IMG/VR virus record: IMGVR_UViG_3300030117_007745
Coordinates: 32,001 to 96,000 of that record
Source of the DNA: a virus
Reading direction: 5' to 3' (one strand)
Length of the DNA stretch: 64,000 nucleotides
Shown: in pieces, positions 49,914 to 58,641 of the stretch
Numbering within the stretch: position 1 is the stretch's first letter
How the letters are laid out: the number at the start of each line of letters is the position of its first letter
Position numbers and translations under genes: made by a program
Notes under the pieces: generated by a model
The model's database searches: none
What the model was told of the DNA's origin: nothing
Seen by the model: only the letters and a program-made list of their open reading frames with translations

Positions 49914-51176
49914 TTAGTTTATTTTCTTAAGCGTCCATGGGGAGTAAACTTTTCTATTTTCCCATGACCCATGCTTTTCATGTATTTCATCTAAAAGTTC
50001 TACCCATTTTTCTTGATATTGATCAAAAGAATAGTTGTTGGTAACATGTTCTCTTCCCATATCTCCGAGCTTTTTCAAATCTTCTTTTTTCATGTTATAC
50101 ATTTTTTCACATGCATCCATAAAATCTTTTTCGGAGATCCTATCTTCAAAAATATAAGGAACCTGTTGAGAGCCAATAAGCGCCTTTGAAGCTGGCTCCA
50201 AACCAATACCAAACCAATTTTCTCCATCGGTAACCTGCTCTTGCAATCCTCCGGTCATTGTGGCGATGATGGGTGTACCGCAAGAAAGAGATTCTAGAGT
50301 CGCTAAACCAAACCCCTCTGCATCTGATATATTAATCGTGCAATCGGAAATATTATACATTGCTGATAATTCTTCTGGTCCAACTTTTTCCCTAGATATT
50401 CTTACTTGGCCCTCGTTTGCTCCAAAATGTTGTATTAGGTGATCTAGAGGCTGACCATATGGATCGTTTGGATCAGTGTGCATAATCAAGACACATTTAT
50501 CTTTGCCTACTTTATCACAAAACTTTTTAAACCAATAAACTAAACTTCCGCTTTGTTTTCTTCTAGCATTTCTATTGTTCCAAAAGAAAATAAATTTATC
50601 TTTCAGGCCATGGTGTTCTTTTAAATTATCAATTGCTTCTTGAGACATCGGCTTGAATACTTCTGAGTCTACAGCATGTGGTAGATACAATGATTCAACT
50701 TTGTCTGTAACTTCTTTAACAATTGAATGTGTTACTTTTGAAATACAAGCTACAACATCATTAGATTCATAAAAACCTTTATTGAAAACTGGTGCTGGAT
50801 AATTGTCCCAAACGTGATAATAGATCATAGGAGCATGGGCCCTCACTTCGTTATCAATATCCCATAACCATTCATAAAACCTAGGATCTGTCATAAACCA
50901 AACCATATCAGGCTTTTGAGTTCTCAGGATTGATCTAACCTGATCTTGGGTTCCATAGCCATCTACTGGTAATATAACCCAGTCGTCTCCAAATTTGTCA
51001 ACTTTCATTGGCTCATAATTTTCATGCTTGACTGCACCGCCTAAAGAAAAAACTTGATACCTTCCAGTTTTAAGGAGTGCTTCAATCATGTATCTTGTTT
51101 GGTTTGCTACCCCGGAAGGAGAAAGGGGGTGATCGCTAATGGTAAGTAATTTTATCTTTTTATCTGTCATGGACAA
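49914..51176 (-). CDS. GT4-like glycosyltransferase
   Basis: PSGV, PHAVD...F.P, RN.RRK and EGFGL..LESL.CG.P.IA..TGG..E. Confidence 0.88.
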   Translation of the reverse strand: MSMTDKKIKLLTISDHPLSPSGVANQTRYMIEALLKTGRYQVFSLGGAVKHENYEPMKVDKFGDDWVILPVDGYGTQDQVRSILRTQKPDMVWFMTDPRFYEWLWDIDNEVRAHAPMIYYHVWDNYPAPVFNKGFYESNDVVACISKVTHSIVKEVTDKVESLYLPHAVDSEVFKPMSQEAIDNLKEHHGLKDKFIFFWNNRNARRKQSGSLVYWFKKFCDKVGKDKCVLIMHTDPNDPYGQPLDHLIQHFGANEGQVRISREKVGPEELSAMYNISDCTINISDAEGFGLATLESLSCGTPIIATMTGGLQEQVTDGENWFGIGLEPASKALIGSQQVPYIFEDRISEKDFMDACEKMYNMKKEDLKKLGDMGREHVTNNYSFDQYQEKWVELLDEIHEKHGSWENRKVYSPWTLKKIN

Positions 51177-51940
51177 TGTTCCGTTCTGTGAAATTCACAC
51201 TTGCGACAAGCAAGTCTGTTCTTTATGAAGTTTTTCTTCTCAATATTATAAACAGCTTTTTCTAAAAATTTAAGAGCGTTTTGAGTTTTTTTTGGGCCGC
51301 TAGTCACTCGGAAAATTTCAACTCTATCGCTTTTTGCTGTCCTTTTAAGTAATGCAAAATGAGTTTCTACTGTTTTTGGATCGACATTATGCTTCTTTGC
51401 CCAATAGTGTTTGTAGAATGTAAGCTGATATGTCATCATTGGGTCGGATTTCTTTCGAGCATCCCATCCCCATGAGCACGTTTTCCAATCAATGATGTGA
51501 ACTTTGTCGTCTGGGGTCTTTATTACTAAATCGATGAACCCTTTAAACTTGTTTTTCTCTTTACAAGGGAAGTCTTCCATCATTTCCATCAGATCTTCCT
51601 CTGCTGCTAACACTTCGTAGTCTCCAAAGTGCTCTTTCATAGCCGGGAGCACCTCATCAAGGATCAAAGGGCCCTGATTTTGCATAGAATTGACTAATTT
51701 TGGGTCTTTATTGGCGTTTTCAGGTAGATTTTGCAGTATTTCTTTGAATTTTAGGGCAAAAAACGTCTTTTTATCGTCTAAACCCTCCGTCATCATCTTT
51801 TCACATGTGTCGTGGATAGCGTTACCAAAAGCAGTAAAAGCGTTGCCTTCAAAGCCTTTTACCTTGTCAATGTTCATTAATTTGTGATAAAAAGGGCAAA
51901 AATTCCAGTTTTTTGCTTCAGAAAAGCTAATGTGACCCAT
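51167..51940 (-). CDS. PD-(D/E)XK nuclease, RecB/Cas4-like with 4-Cys cluster
   Basis: CP near the N-terminus, G..IH, G.IDL, IIDWKT, QL..Y and C..C.....C at the C-terminus. Confidence 0.88.
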   Translation of the reverse strand: MGHISFSEAKNWNFCPFYHKLMNIDKVKGFEGNAFTAFGNAIHDTCEKMMTEGLDDKKTFFALKFKEILQNLPENANKDPKLVNSMQNQGPLILDEVLPAMKEHFGDYEVLAAEEDLMEMMEDFPCKEKNKFKGFIDLVIKTPDDKVHIIDWKTCSWGWDARKKSDPMMTYQLTFYKHYWAKKHNVDPKTVETHFALLKRTAKSDRVEIFRVTSGPKKTQNALKFLEKAVYNIEKKNFIKNRLACRKCEFHRTEHCP

Positions 51941-51942
51941 TA

Positions 51943-52683
51943 TTACTCCATATCTGCTAAAGTTTCTATCCTATTATACAGTATGGGGCTCACAGATGCA
52001 AGTGTTTTTAGGTCTTTGTACAAAAAGAATGCCTCAAAACCTCTTGCGAAGTATTCTCTAACAGAGGTGGCTGAATAAGGTGAGTAAAATAGACCACTTG
52101 TATAAGAAGAAAGGAGGGGGTATCCTAAAACAGTATACAAATATTCATCAAACTCTTCATCGTACATTGGATTCTTAAAAAAAGAAAAATCCACCAATGG
52201 CTCATTGTATGCTTTGAGTAATTGAAACAACTTTTCTCTTTTACCTAAAAATTCATTCTCTACTCTGCCGTCTCCGTAGATATTATCATAGAATTTTTCT
52301 TCTACAGCATGTGCTATCTCATGTACAATATCGTCGGCCATGTCCACAGCATTATCTTGAACATTTATAACGTAAATTGCGCCATTTTCATATGCTGCGT
52401 TGGTTTCACGCTCTTCAAAATGAGAAAAGTCTCCAACATAGATTACATCCACATTGGAAACAAAGAAGGAAGGAAGTGAATTTTCTATAATTTTTATGAC
52501 TTCTTCTAAAGAACTTTTTTGATCAGTAAAAATTAAATCATCTTTAATATAAATCGGTATTTGAGAACCGTATAAAGAGTAGTGATTAAAAGTTTTAGAT
52601 TTTTTCAAACTTTCTTTTATGTAATCACTTTTGCTCATTTGATTGCTGCTCTTCTTCCCAAGCCTTTCTTCCGATATCAACAT
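51943..52683 (-). CDS. Putative zinc metallopeptidase (HExxH); true start probably 52638
   Basis: VHEIAHAVE plus downstream Y......EYFA.GFE, resembling lethal-factor/zincin third-ligand motifs. Confidence 0.65.
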   Translation of the reverse strand: MLISEERLGKKSSNQMSKSDYIKESLKKSKTFNHYSLYGSQIPIYIKDDLIFTDQKSSLEEVIKIIENSLPSFFVSNVDVIYVGDFSHFEERETNAAYENGAIYVINVQDNAVDMADDIVHEIAHAVEEKFYDNIYGDGRVENEFLGKREKLFQLLKAYNEPLVDFSFFKNPMYDEEFDEYLYTVLGYPLLSSYTSGLFYSPYSATSVREYFARGFEAFFLYKDLKTLASVSPILYNRIETLADME

Positions 52684-52921
52684 CTGTCAAAGCTTGGCGA
52701 TAACCTCTCATAAAGTTTTCTTCTGCAACTGCTAAAACAAATTCAGGAAACTCATCTGCTAATTGATCTACAATCATTTCAACGGTAACACTATCATCTT
52801 CGGGAGACTTTTTTTCCCCAACATAGTTTACCAACATTTTCTTAAGATCATTTTCTGGGTGAACAACTTCGTCTAGCACTTCGTTAGTATCTTCGCTGTT
52901 TTCTTTAAATTCAATATCCAT
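52625..52921 (-). CDS. Hypothetical acidic protein (98 aa)
   Basis: ORF with GGAG RBS immediately downstream of the tRNA. Confidence 0.78.
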   Translation of the reverse strand: MDIEFKENSEDTNEVLDEVVHPENDLKKMLVNYVGEKKSPEDDSVTVEMIVDQLADEFPEFVLAVAEENFMRGYRQALTDVDIGRKAWEEEQQSNEQK

Positions 52922-52935
52922 TTTTTCTCCATATT

Positions 52936-53012
52936 TGGTGGACCCCCTCGGACTCGAACCGAGGACCTAACCGTTATGAGCGGTGTGCTCTAACCAACTG
53001 AGCTAGAGGTCC
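52936..53012 (-). tRNA. tRNA-Ile2 (anticodon CAT, lysidine type; Met less likely)
   Basis: GGACCTC-TA-GCTC AGTTGGTTA GAGC-A-CACCG CT CAT AA CGGTT-AGGTC-CTCGG TTCGAGT CCGAG-GGGGTCC-A-CCA. The acceptor and D arms resemble bacterial Ile2 tRNAs. Confidence 0.9.
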
Positions 53013-53024
53013 TTAATATATAAT

Positions 53025-53053
53025 AATATAATATAATGTTTAAATTTTGTCAA
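53025..53053 (-). promoter_or_regulatory. Sigma70-type promoter (TTGACA-17 nt-TATATT) upstream of tRNA-Ile2
   Basis: -35 at 53053-53048, -10 at 53030-53025, 17-nt spacer. Confidence 0.8.
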
Positions 53054-53061
53054 GAAAAAAA

Positions 53062-54369
53062 TTACAAAATCTTTGCTGCTAGAGTAGCAACCTTTGATCG
53101 CTCACCTTTTTGGAGTGTAATATGACCTGAAATATCATAATTCTTAAATTTCTCAACTGCATAAGTTAGGCCATTTGAAGTTTCGTCAATATAAATGTTA
53201 TCAATTTGTTCGATATCCCCGGTTAAAATTATTTTTGTTCCCTCGCCAACACGGGTCAGAATTGTTTTTAATTCGTGCCTTGTAAGGTTTTGTGCTTCAT
53301 CTATAATAATAAAGGCATTCGTAATAGATCTGCCGCGAATATAAGTGATGGCCTCTATCTCTATAACTCCCTTTTCAAAATAATCCTGAACAACATATCT
53401 ATCATTTCCCATTAAAAATTCTAGATTATCTTTAATTGGCATAAGCCATGGATCCATTTTCTCCTCTAGTGTTCCCGGCAAGAAACCAATATCTTTTCCT
53501 AGGGGCTGGACTGGTCTAGATACAATAAGTTTTTTATACTTTGATTCTTCTCCCAATACTTGCTCCAAACCTGCGGCGACCGCCAAAAGAGTTTTCCCAG
53601 ATCCAGCTTGTCCAATTAGAGAAACAACCTCGACACCAGAGTCCATTAAAAGATCTAATGCAAATGTTTGTTCTTTATTTCTTGCAGAAATCCCCCAAAC
53701 ATCTTCATTTTTGTACAATTTTTTTAGTGGGCTATTGTAACCGAAAAATCTGGCCAATGCAGTTTTTTTATCATTAGAGTTTGAAACAAGCATCACATAT
53801 TGATTTGGATTGAGACTTATTTCTTCCTCATATGCATATATTTCATCTCCAGAATAAAAAGAATCGATCACTTGCTCATCAACAAGGTACTGGGAAAATC
53901 CAGTAAATACTTCATCTTTGCTGTCAACCGTGTCATGTGCAATATAATCCTCACACAAAAGACCCAAAGCATCACACTTGACTCTCATGTTTATATCTTG
54001 CGATACAACAATTATTTTTTTTCTTTTATAATTTGATTTTTCAGTTAAAGCAGTAGCTATAATTTGATTGTCTGGAACTGTGAGATCAAAATCATGTGGC
54101 AGGTTTTCAGTATCGTAGTGTTTTACAAATAGCTTACCCTTGTCATCTCCTAAAGATACACCTTTTACTAAGCTTCCCTTCGTTCTATAAACATCTAGAA
54201 TTCTTATAATATATCTAGCATTAAACCCAGCACCATCTTGTCTGGCTTTGTTTTTATCAATTTCATCTAAAACCTTAAGGGGTATAATGATATCATTATT
54301 ATCAAAGTGCTTAAGGCAACTAGGGTCTGACAAAAAAACACAAGTATCTAGAACAAAAGTTTTTTTCAC
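53062..54369 (-). CDS. phoH: PIN-PhoH (PhoH2/YlaK-like) protein
   Basis: PIN motifs VLDT.V, DN.I and S.D.N.R.K. PhoH motifs G.AGSGKT, GFLPG...EK, RGRS, DEAQN, GD..Q.D and RS. Confidence 0.95.
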   Translation of the reverse strand: MKKTFVLDTCVFLSDPSCLKHFDNNDIIIPLKVLDEIDKNKARQDGAGFNARYIIRILDVYRTKGSLVKGVSLGDDKGKLFVKHYDTENLPHDFDLTVPDNQIIATALTEKSNYKRKKIIVVSQDINMRVKCDALGLLCEDYIAHDTVDSKDEVFTGFSQYLVDEQVIDSFYSGDEIYAYEEEISLNPNQYVMLVSNSNDKKTALARFFGYNSPLKKLYKNEDVWGISARNKEQTFALDLLMDSGVEVVSLIGQAGSGKTLLAVAAGLEQVLGEESKYKKLIVSRPVQPLGKDIGFLPGTLEEKMDPWLMPIKDNLEFLMGNDRYVVQDYFEKGVIEIEAITYIRGRSITNAFIIIDEAQNLTRHELKTILTRVGEGTKIILTGDIEQIDNIYIDETSNGLTYAVEKFKNYDISGHITLQKGERSKVATLAAKIL

Positions 54370-54424
54370 GGAGGCTCCTTATAACATAAATACAACTTTA
54401 AAAAATAAAAGTTTATTTTTCTAA

Positions 54425-54432
54425 ACTAGTTA
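54425..54432 (+). promoter_or_regulatory. Candidate late-promoter motif ACTAGTTA
   Basis: 5 nt upstream of the protease ATG. Confidence 0.45.
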
Positions 54433-54437
54433 AAAAT

Positions 54438-55268
54438 ATGGCCAATAGAATTTATTACATATTATCATGTTTATTGCTTAGTATTTTAACTCTTTCTTGT
54501 GCATCTACAAATTTAAATTTTTCAAATGATGCTAGAGATACATTTGTAAAAATTAAACAAAATGTCAAAATAACTATTTGCAATCCAGAAAATAAAAAAG
54601 AATGTGTTAGCAAAAGTAGTGTTTCAAGTGGATCTGGAGCTGTTGTTTATTTGACAGATGAGGGTTCTTATGTGCTAACTGCTGGACATGTCTGCACATT
54701 TGATAGAGAGTTGCAAATAGCAGCAGAACTGAACGCTGATAGGATGGATGTTCAGATGAAAGCTATAAATTTTAAAATGGGAGAATATGTTGCAGATATT
54801 ATTGCGGTTGACGAAACAATAGATGCATGTATACTGTTCGCTCATAATTTATACACAACAAAAGTAGCCAAATTGGCCCCTAAAATAAAAAAATTAGAAG
54901 TTGGAGAAAGAGTGTACAATGCGGCCGCTCCAGTTGGAATATTTTATGAAAATGTAGTTCCTTTGTTAGAAGGATTTTTTATGGGGAATAGGGATACTAG
55001 GGCTTATTATTCTATACCTGCAATGGGTGGCAGCTCTGGATCTCCTATATTTAATTCAGATGATGAAATAGTCGGTATGATTCATTCTGTTAATGTTTAT
55101 TTCCCAGTTGTGTCTGTCTCTCCCCCCTTGGATGAATTAAGAGAATTTACAAAAAATAGTATAAAAAAGGGAGAGAGACTAAGGCTTAAGAACGAAACGG
55201 ATCCAGAATCTTTTTGGGATTCTTTGAGATTATCTCCAATGAGCAAGCCAAGCAATTCTAGTCTTTAG
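54438..55268 (+). CDS. Trypsin-like (S1) serine protease, predicted lipoprotein
   Basis: Signal peptide ending in LTLSC (lipobox-like). Catalytic motifs TAGHV, D and GSSGSP. Confidence 0.88.
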   Translation: MANRIYYILSCLLLSILTLSCASTNLNFSNDARDTFVKIKQNVKITICNPENKKECVSKSSVSSGSGAVVYLTDEGSYVLTAGHVCTFDRELQIAAELNADRMDVQMKAINFKMGEYVADIIAVDETIDACILFAHNLYTTKVAKLAPKIKKLEVGERVYNAAAPVGIFYENVVPLLEGFFMGNRDTRAYYSIPAMGGSSGSPIFNSDDEIVGMIHSVNVYFPVVSVSPPLDELREFTKNSIKKGERLRLKNETDPESFWDSLRLSPMSKPSNSSL

Positions 55269-55354
55269 TGTCGAGAGGGGGATTCGAACCCCCACACACG
55301 CTTTAGTGCGGCAGATTTTAAGTCTGCTGTGTCTACCAGTTCCACCACCCCGAC
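55269..55354 (-). tRNA. tRNA-Leu (anticodon TAA); CCA not encoded
   Basis: GTCGGGG/TCTCGAC acceptor, GCAGA CT TAA AA TCTGC anticodon arm, long variable arm, GGGGG TTCGAAT CCCCC T-arm. Confidence 0.93.
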
Positions 55355-55367
55355 ATATTTTTTTATT

Positions 55368-55396
55368 ATTATATTAAAATATATTTTATTTGTCAA
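55368..55396 (-). promoter_or_regulatory. Consensus sigma70 promoter (TTGACA-17 nt-TATAAT) for tRNA-Leu
   Basis: Perfect -35 at 55396-55391 and -10 at 55373-55368. Confidence 0.88.
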
Positions 55397-55451
55397 CAAA
55401 ATTTAACATAAGAATAAACCTAGCCTTATAGTTATAACTAAGGACAAACAA

Positions 55452-55850
55452 ATGGTATCAATAGGTCTTTTTAGTTATATTTTATTTTTACACTATCTTG
55501 GAGATTATATTCTCCAGCCATATAGTATGTCTGTTCAGAAATCAGAAAATAATATTATGTTGCTATATCATACAATAATATATTCCATTACAATTTATTT
55601 TGGGTTATTGTTTGTAGTTGAGGTATATGATGCAATGCTATTTTTTGCATTGACTTTTATTACTCATTTTGCAGTTGATTTTGCTACTAGTAGAGTTATT
55701 TCTGATAATTCTTCTGAGCTTAGATTGGACCCTGATGTATCAAAGCCTATACACAAAAGGCTTAAACTTTGGGGTCCAATCAGTTTGCTTGGATTTGACC
55801 AACTTCTTCATCAAGCCTGTCTCTTGATAACAGCTTACATAGTTTTTTAA
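55452..55850 (+). CDS. DUF3307-like membrane protein
   Basis: H..GDY.LQ, H...Y, HF.VD and GFDQ.LH motifs with several hydrophobic helices. Confidence 0.82.
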   Translation: MVSIGLFSYILFLHYLGDYILQPYSMSVQKSENNIMLLYHTIIYSITIYFGLLFVVEVYDAMLFFALTFITHFAVDFATSRVISDNSSELRLDPDVSKPIHKRLKLWGPISLLGFDQLLHQACLLITAYIVF

Positions 55851-56353
55851 TCTTCTGCAAGTGTAGCTCTATGTATTTCTCTGTATCTATCTAATTTTTC
55901 TAACTCTGGTATTGCAGTTCTTTGAATTGTATCTTGAACAAGAATTAAATACTTCTCTTCTATCGAATCGCTATTTTCTCCTAAACTAAAAATAGGAACA
56001 ATGTCTAATTCCGAACAAGTGTCTAGTTCTTTTTTTGGGATTGTTGTGTTTTTTGCTGTACCACCATTACCAAAGAAAGTTGGCCTAACCTTTTTAAGAG
56101 CATCGCAAACAGTGCCGTCTGAGTCATCAAATTCCACTACTTCGCTGACATATGGGACATCTTCTAGGGTTATTTTACGAACATCAAAATCAAAAAGTAA
56201 ATAACCTTTATTTTTTATGACCCATTCGTCACTATTTAGGGCTACAACAACGTCACCGTATGAACTGGCATGTTTGAGTAATAATAAATGCCCGAGATGG
56301 AGAGGATTAAAAGCTCCGCTTATTAATATTTTTGGTTTTCTATCAAAGTTCAT
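55847..56353 (-). CDS. HIGH-motif cytidylyl/adenylyltransferase (TagD/RfaE2-like)
   Basis: SGAFNPLHLGH, VALNSD.W...KG and P..F.NGG. Confidence 0.85.
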   Translation of the reverse strand: MNFDRKPKILISGAFNPLHLGHLLLLKHASSYGDVVVALNSDEWVIKNKGYLLFDFDVRKITLEDVPYVSEVVEFDDSDGTVCDALKKVRPTFFGNGGTAKNTTIPKKELDTCSELDIVPIFSLGENSDSIEEKYLILVQDTIQRTAIPELEKLDRYREIHRATLAED

Positions 56354-56970
56354 GGAGTGATAATATCATCAACGAGACCATACTTTAAACAAGTTTTTGC
56401 ATCCCACCATAAATCTCTCTTTAGGATATCTTTAATTTTTGTTTTTGGAATTTTTGTATGCTCTTCATAAATCTTAATAATCCTTTTCATTAACATTTCA
56501 TTGTTTTTCATATCATCTTTCATGTCTTCAAATTTTCCCCACATGCCTGATGATAATTGATGAATTAACATAAAAGCATGCTCATTGATATATCTTTCAT
56601 TAGCGACGACACTCATGATTGTCGCAGCGGAAGCTGCACATCCATCTATGATCGAGACGACAGGTGCTGGACAGTTTCTAATATAATCAACAGATCCAAA
56701 TCCTGCAAAAACAGACCCTCCATAAGAATTAATATGAAGATTTACTTTTGGAGTCTCGGACAAATGGTACAATTGCTGTATATTTTTAAGCTTGTGGCCA
56801 GTTGTATGCAAAAGTTTATTTAAAACTAAATTATCTTGCCTTGTTACGCCAGAATAAAAATAAATTTTATTATATTCTACAGATACTCTACTATCATCAG
56901 CTGATCCAGCAGACATTGTGGGCTCTCCTTTTTCAATATCTTTTAATTTTGTGTTCCAATATTCGTTCAT
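56350..56970 (-). CDS. clpP: ClpP-family protease subunit
   Basis: INSYGG.V, G.AASAA (Ser), LIHQ (His), RD.W (Asp) and YGLVD.I. Confidence 0.9.
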   Translation of the reverse strand: MNEYWNTKLKDIEKGEPTMSAGSADDSRVSVEYNKIYFYSGVTRQDNLVLNKLLHTTGHKLKNIQQLYHLSETPKVNLHINSYGGSVFAGFGSVDYIRNCPAPVVSIIDGCAASAATIMSVVANERYINEHAFMLIHQLSSGMWGKFEDMKDDMKNNEMLMKRIIKIYEEHTKIPKTKIKDILKRDLWWDAKTCLKYGLVDDIITP

Positions 56971-56989
56971 GTTTACCTCTTTTATTTAG

Positions 56990-57063
<74 letters not shown>

Positions 57064-57064
57064 T

Positions 57065-57415
57065 TTATAATATAATATTCTTCTGGAGATGGTCTCCTGC
57101 CTTTCTCATATCAGTTTCTAATTTATGAAGATAAGCTGCTATTAATATAAATCTAGCAACAAAATCTATTTCAGTTTTTGATAGGATTGTACCAAAAATT
57201 CTACCTTCTTTGTTTTCATGATAATAAACAGTATTGAACATATACTGCTCTGTTTGAATTCCCACTCTCTCAGCTAAATCTTTATAAGATTGATGGCAAA
57301 ATTTGCATTCATTCACCCAGACATTAGAATGCCTTCTTACTTGTGAATAATCTTGTGCTTGTGCAGCAAAAGGAAGGAAAAAAAGAATAGAAATAAATTT
57401 TACAATGTTCTTCAT
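57065..57415 (-). CDS. Secreted c-type cytochrome-like protein (single CxxCH)
   Basis: Sec signal ending AQA, then CKFCH, then a class-I-like C-terminal helix LSKTEIDFVARFI. Confidence 0.62.
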   Translation of the reverse strand: MKNIVKFISILFFLPFAAQAQDYSQVRRHSNVWVNECKFCHQSYKDLAERVGIQTEQYMFNTVYYHENKEGRIFGTILSKTEIDFVARFILIAAYLHKLETDMRKAGDHLQKNIIL

Positions 57416-57435
57416 TAGAACATAATAACCTATTT

Positions 57436-58587
57436 TTATTTTAATTTCAAGAACTTTTTTAATTCTTCTATTCTTTTCTTTGGAGACTTTAATCCTCCAA
57501 CAATTGTATAAGCAACCAACTTTTCTCTTTCAGGATCTTCATAGATTCCCCTGTGAATGATTGCTCCACCAGTTAAGGTAGCCAAAGTATCGAACCCATA
57601 TTCAATATTATCCATGAGGCCGGGAACTGTTTCATATAGCTCTGTACCACCAACAATAATAGATGCGGCACCCTTTGCAGAGGTTAAATCAAAACCGCTA
57701 GCGAGGAGTGTTTTTTCTAAGTTATTACGGAGGCCCTGAGAAACTGAAGTTGGGCTTTCTGGATCTTTGATTGTTGTAGCGCCAAAAATCATGCAACCAG
57801 CTGTTTTCATAATACTTTCATAGTCCGCTGGATCAAACACTGTATAATCAGAGTTTTTTGTGCATAACAAATTAAAAATATGAAAAAGGCCGGCAACTGT
57901 ATTGTTGAGCGTTGGCCAAAATTGCTTAACTGTTAGTTTAGAGTATAATTTTTTAATTTTATCATTATCGATAATTATTAAAGGAGCGAACTTTCCTTTT
58001 TCTGCTTGATCACAAAGTTCTGTCATCCTATTGTAAGAATTTTCAGCCACAATTGGGGATGCACATTCTCCTGTCGTTGGAAGAGAGGCAATAACTCCAA
58101 CTCTTTCATTTGGATTTTCCACTCCAATATAAGTGAAATATCTTTTTGCGGTATCCAATAGAGACATGACACTACCGCCGCCTGTTCCACCGCCAACACC
58201 AACGCAAATTAAAATACGGTCGATGTTATCTCCAAAAATTTCTTTGAATTTATTAAATATTTCTTGGCTTCTGTCATCGAATGCTTCCTTTGAGACGGCA
58301 TGATTCTTGCCGGCACCGGAAGCGCCTTCATAAACCAAATGGTGTTTGTGGTTTTCTGGAAGTCCTAAGTGTGTAAGATCAGATTTGGCCAAATTAAATG
58401 CAATTGTCTTTCTATATCCTAAATCAAAGAATGCTTTTGCCATTCTTCCGCCACCTTGACCGGATCCAACAATACCATAGCGAATGGCTCCTCCGCTTTC
58501 GTCTTCCACAAGATCCATCTTTGATTGTTCAATCTCTTCAACATCAATATCTTCAATATCTAAAGTAGGCAAATTTAAATCATTCAT
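57436..58587 (-). CDS. Tubulin/FtsZ-superfamily GTPase (TubZ/PhuZ/CetZ-like)
   Basis: G.GQGGGR, GAGKN, GGGTGGG signature, IDND and DPADY (T7-loop-like). AGGAG RBS. Confidence 0.92.
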   Translation of the reverse strand: MNDLNLPTLDIEDIDVEEIEQSKMDLVEDESGGAIRYGIVGSGQGGGRMAKAFFDLGYRKTIAFNLAKSDLTHLGLPENHKHHLVYEGASGAGKNHAVSKEAFDDRSQEIFNKFKEIFGDNIDRILICVGVGGGTGGGSVMSLLDTAKRYFTYIGVENPNERVGVIASLPTTGECASPIVAENSYNRMTELCDQAEKGKFAPLIIIDNDKIKKLYSKLTVKQFWPTLNNTVAGLFHIFNLLCTKNSDYTVFDPADYESIMKTAGCMIFGATTIKDPESPTSVSQGLRNNLEKTLLASGFDLTSAKGAASIIVGGTELYETVPGLMDNIEYGFDTLATLTGGAIIHRGIYEDPEREKLVAYTIVGGLKSPKKRIEELKKFLKLK

Positions 58588-58616
58588 AGTAATCTCCTAA
58601 TGATAATATAGTACAA

Positions 58617-58624
58617 TAAATAGT
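58617..58624 (-). promoter_or_regulatory. Candidate late-promoter motif ACTATTTA upstream of the tubulin gene
   Basis: Located in the intergenic gap 30 nt upstream of the ATG. Confidence 0.55.
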
Positions 58625-58641
58625 TTGAAATTTTAAAATAA

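Noticed and set aside
24386-51176. Bacterial chromosomal O-antigen/capsule locus (prophage boundary or misassembly)
   Set aside because: The locus is joined by overlapping or abutting genes to phage-type genes on both sides, and it lacks export/polymerase genes and any integrase or att signal. Misassembly cannot be fully excluded without reads.
7600-51887. Numerous 60-150 aa plus-strand or nested ORFs
   Set aside because: They lie fully inside well-supported minus-strand genes and have no recognisable motifs.
51167-51940. Cas4-like nuclease as evidence of a CRISPR-Cas system
   Set aside because: No repeat-spacer array or other cas genes were seen. Solo Cas4/RecB-like nucleases are common in phages.
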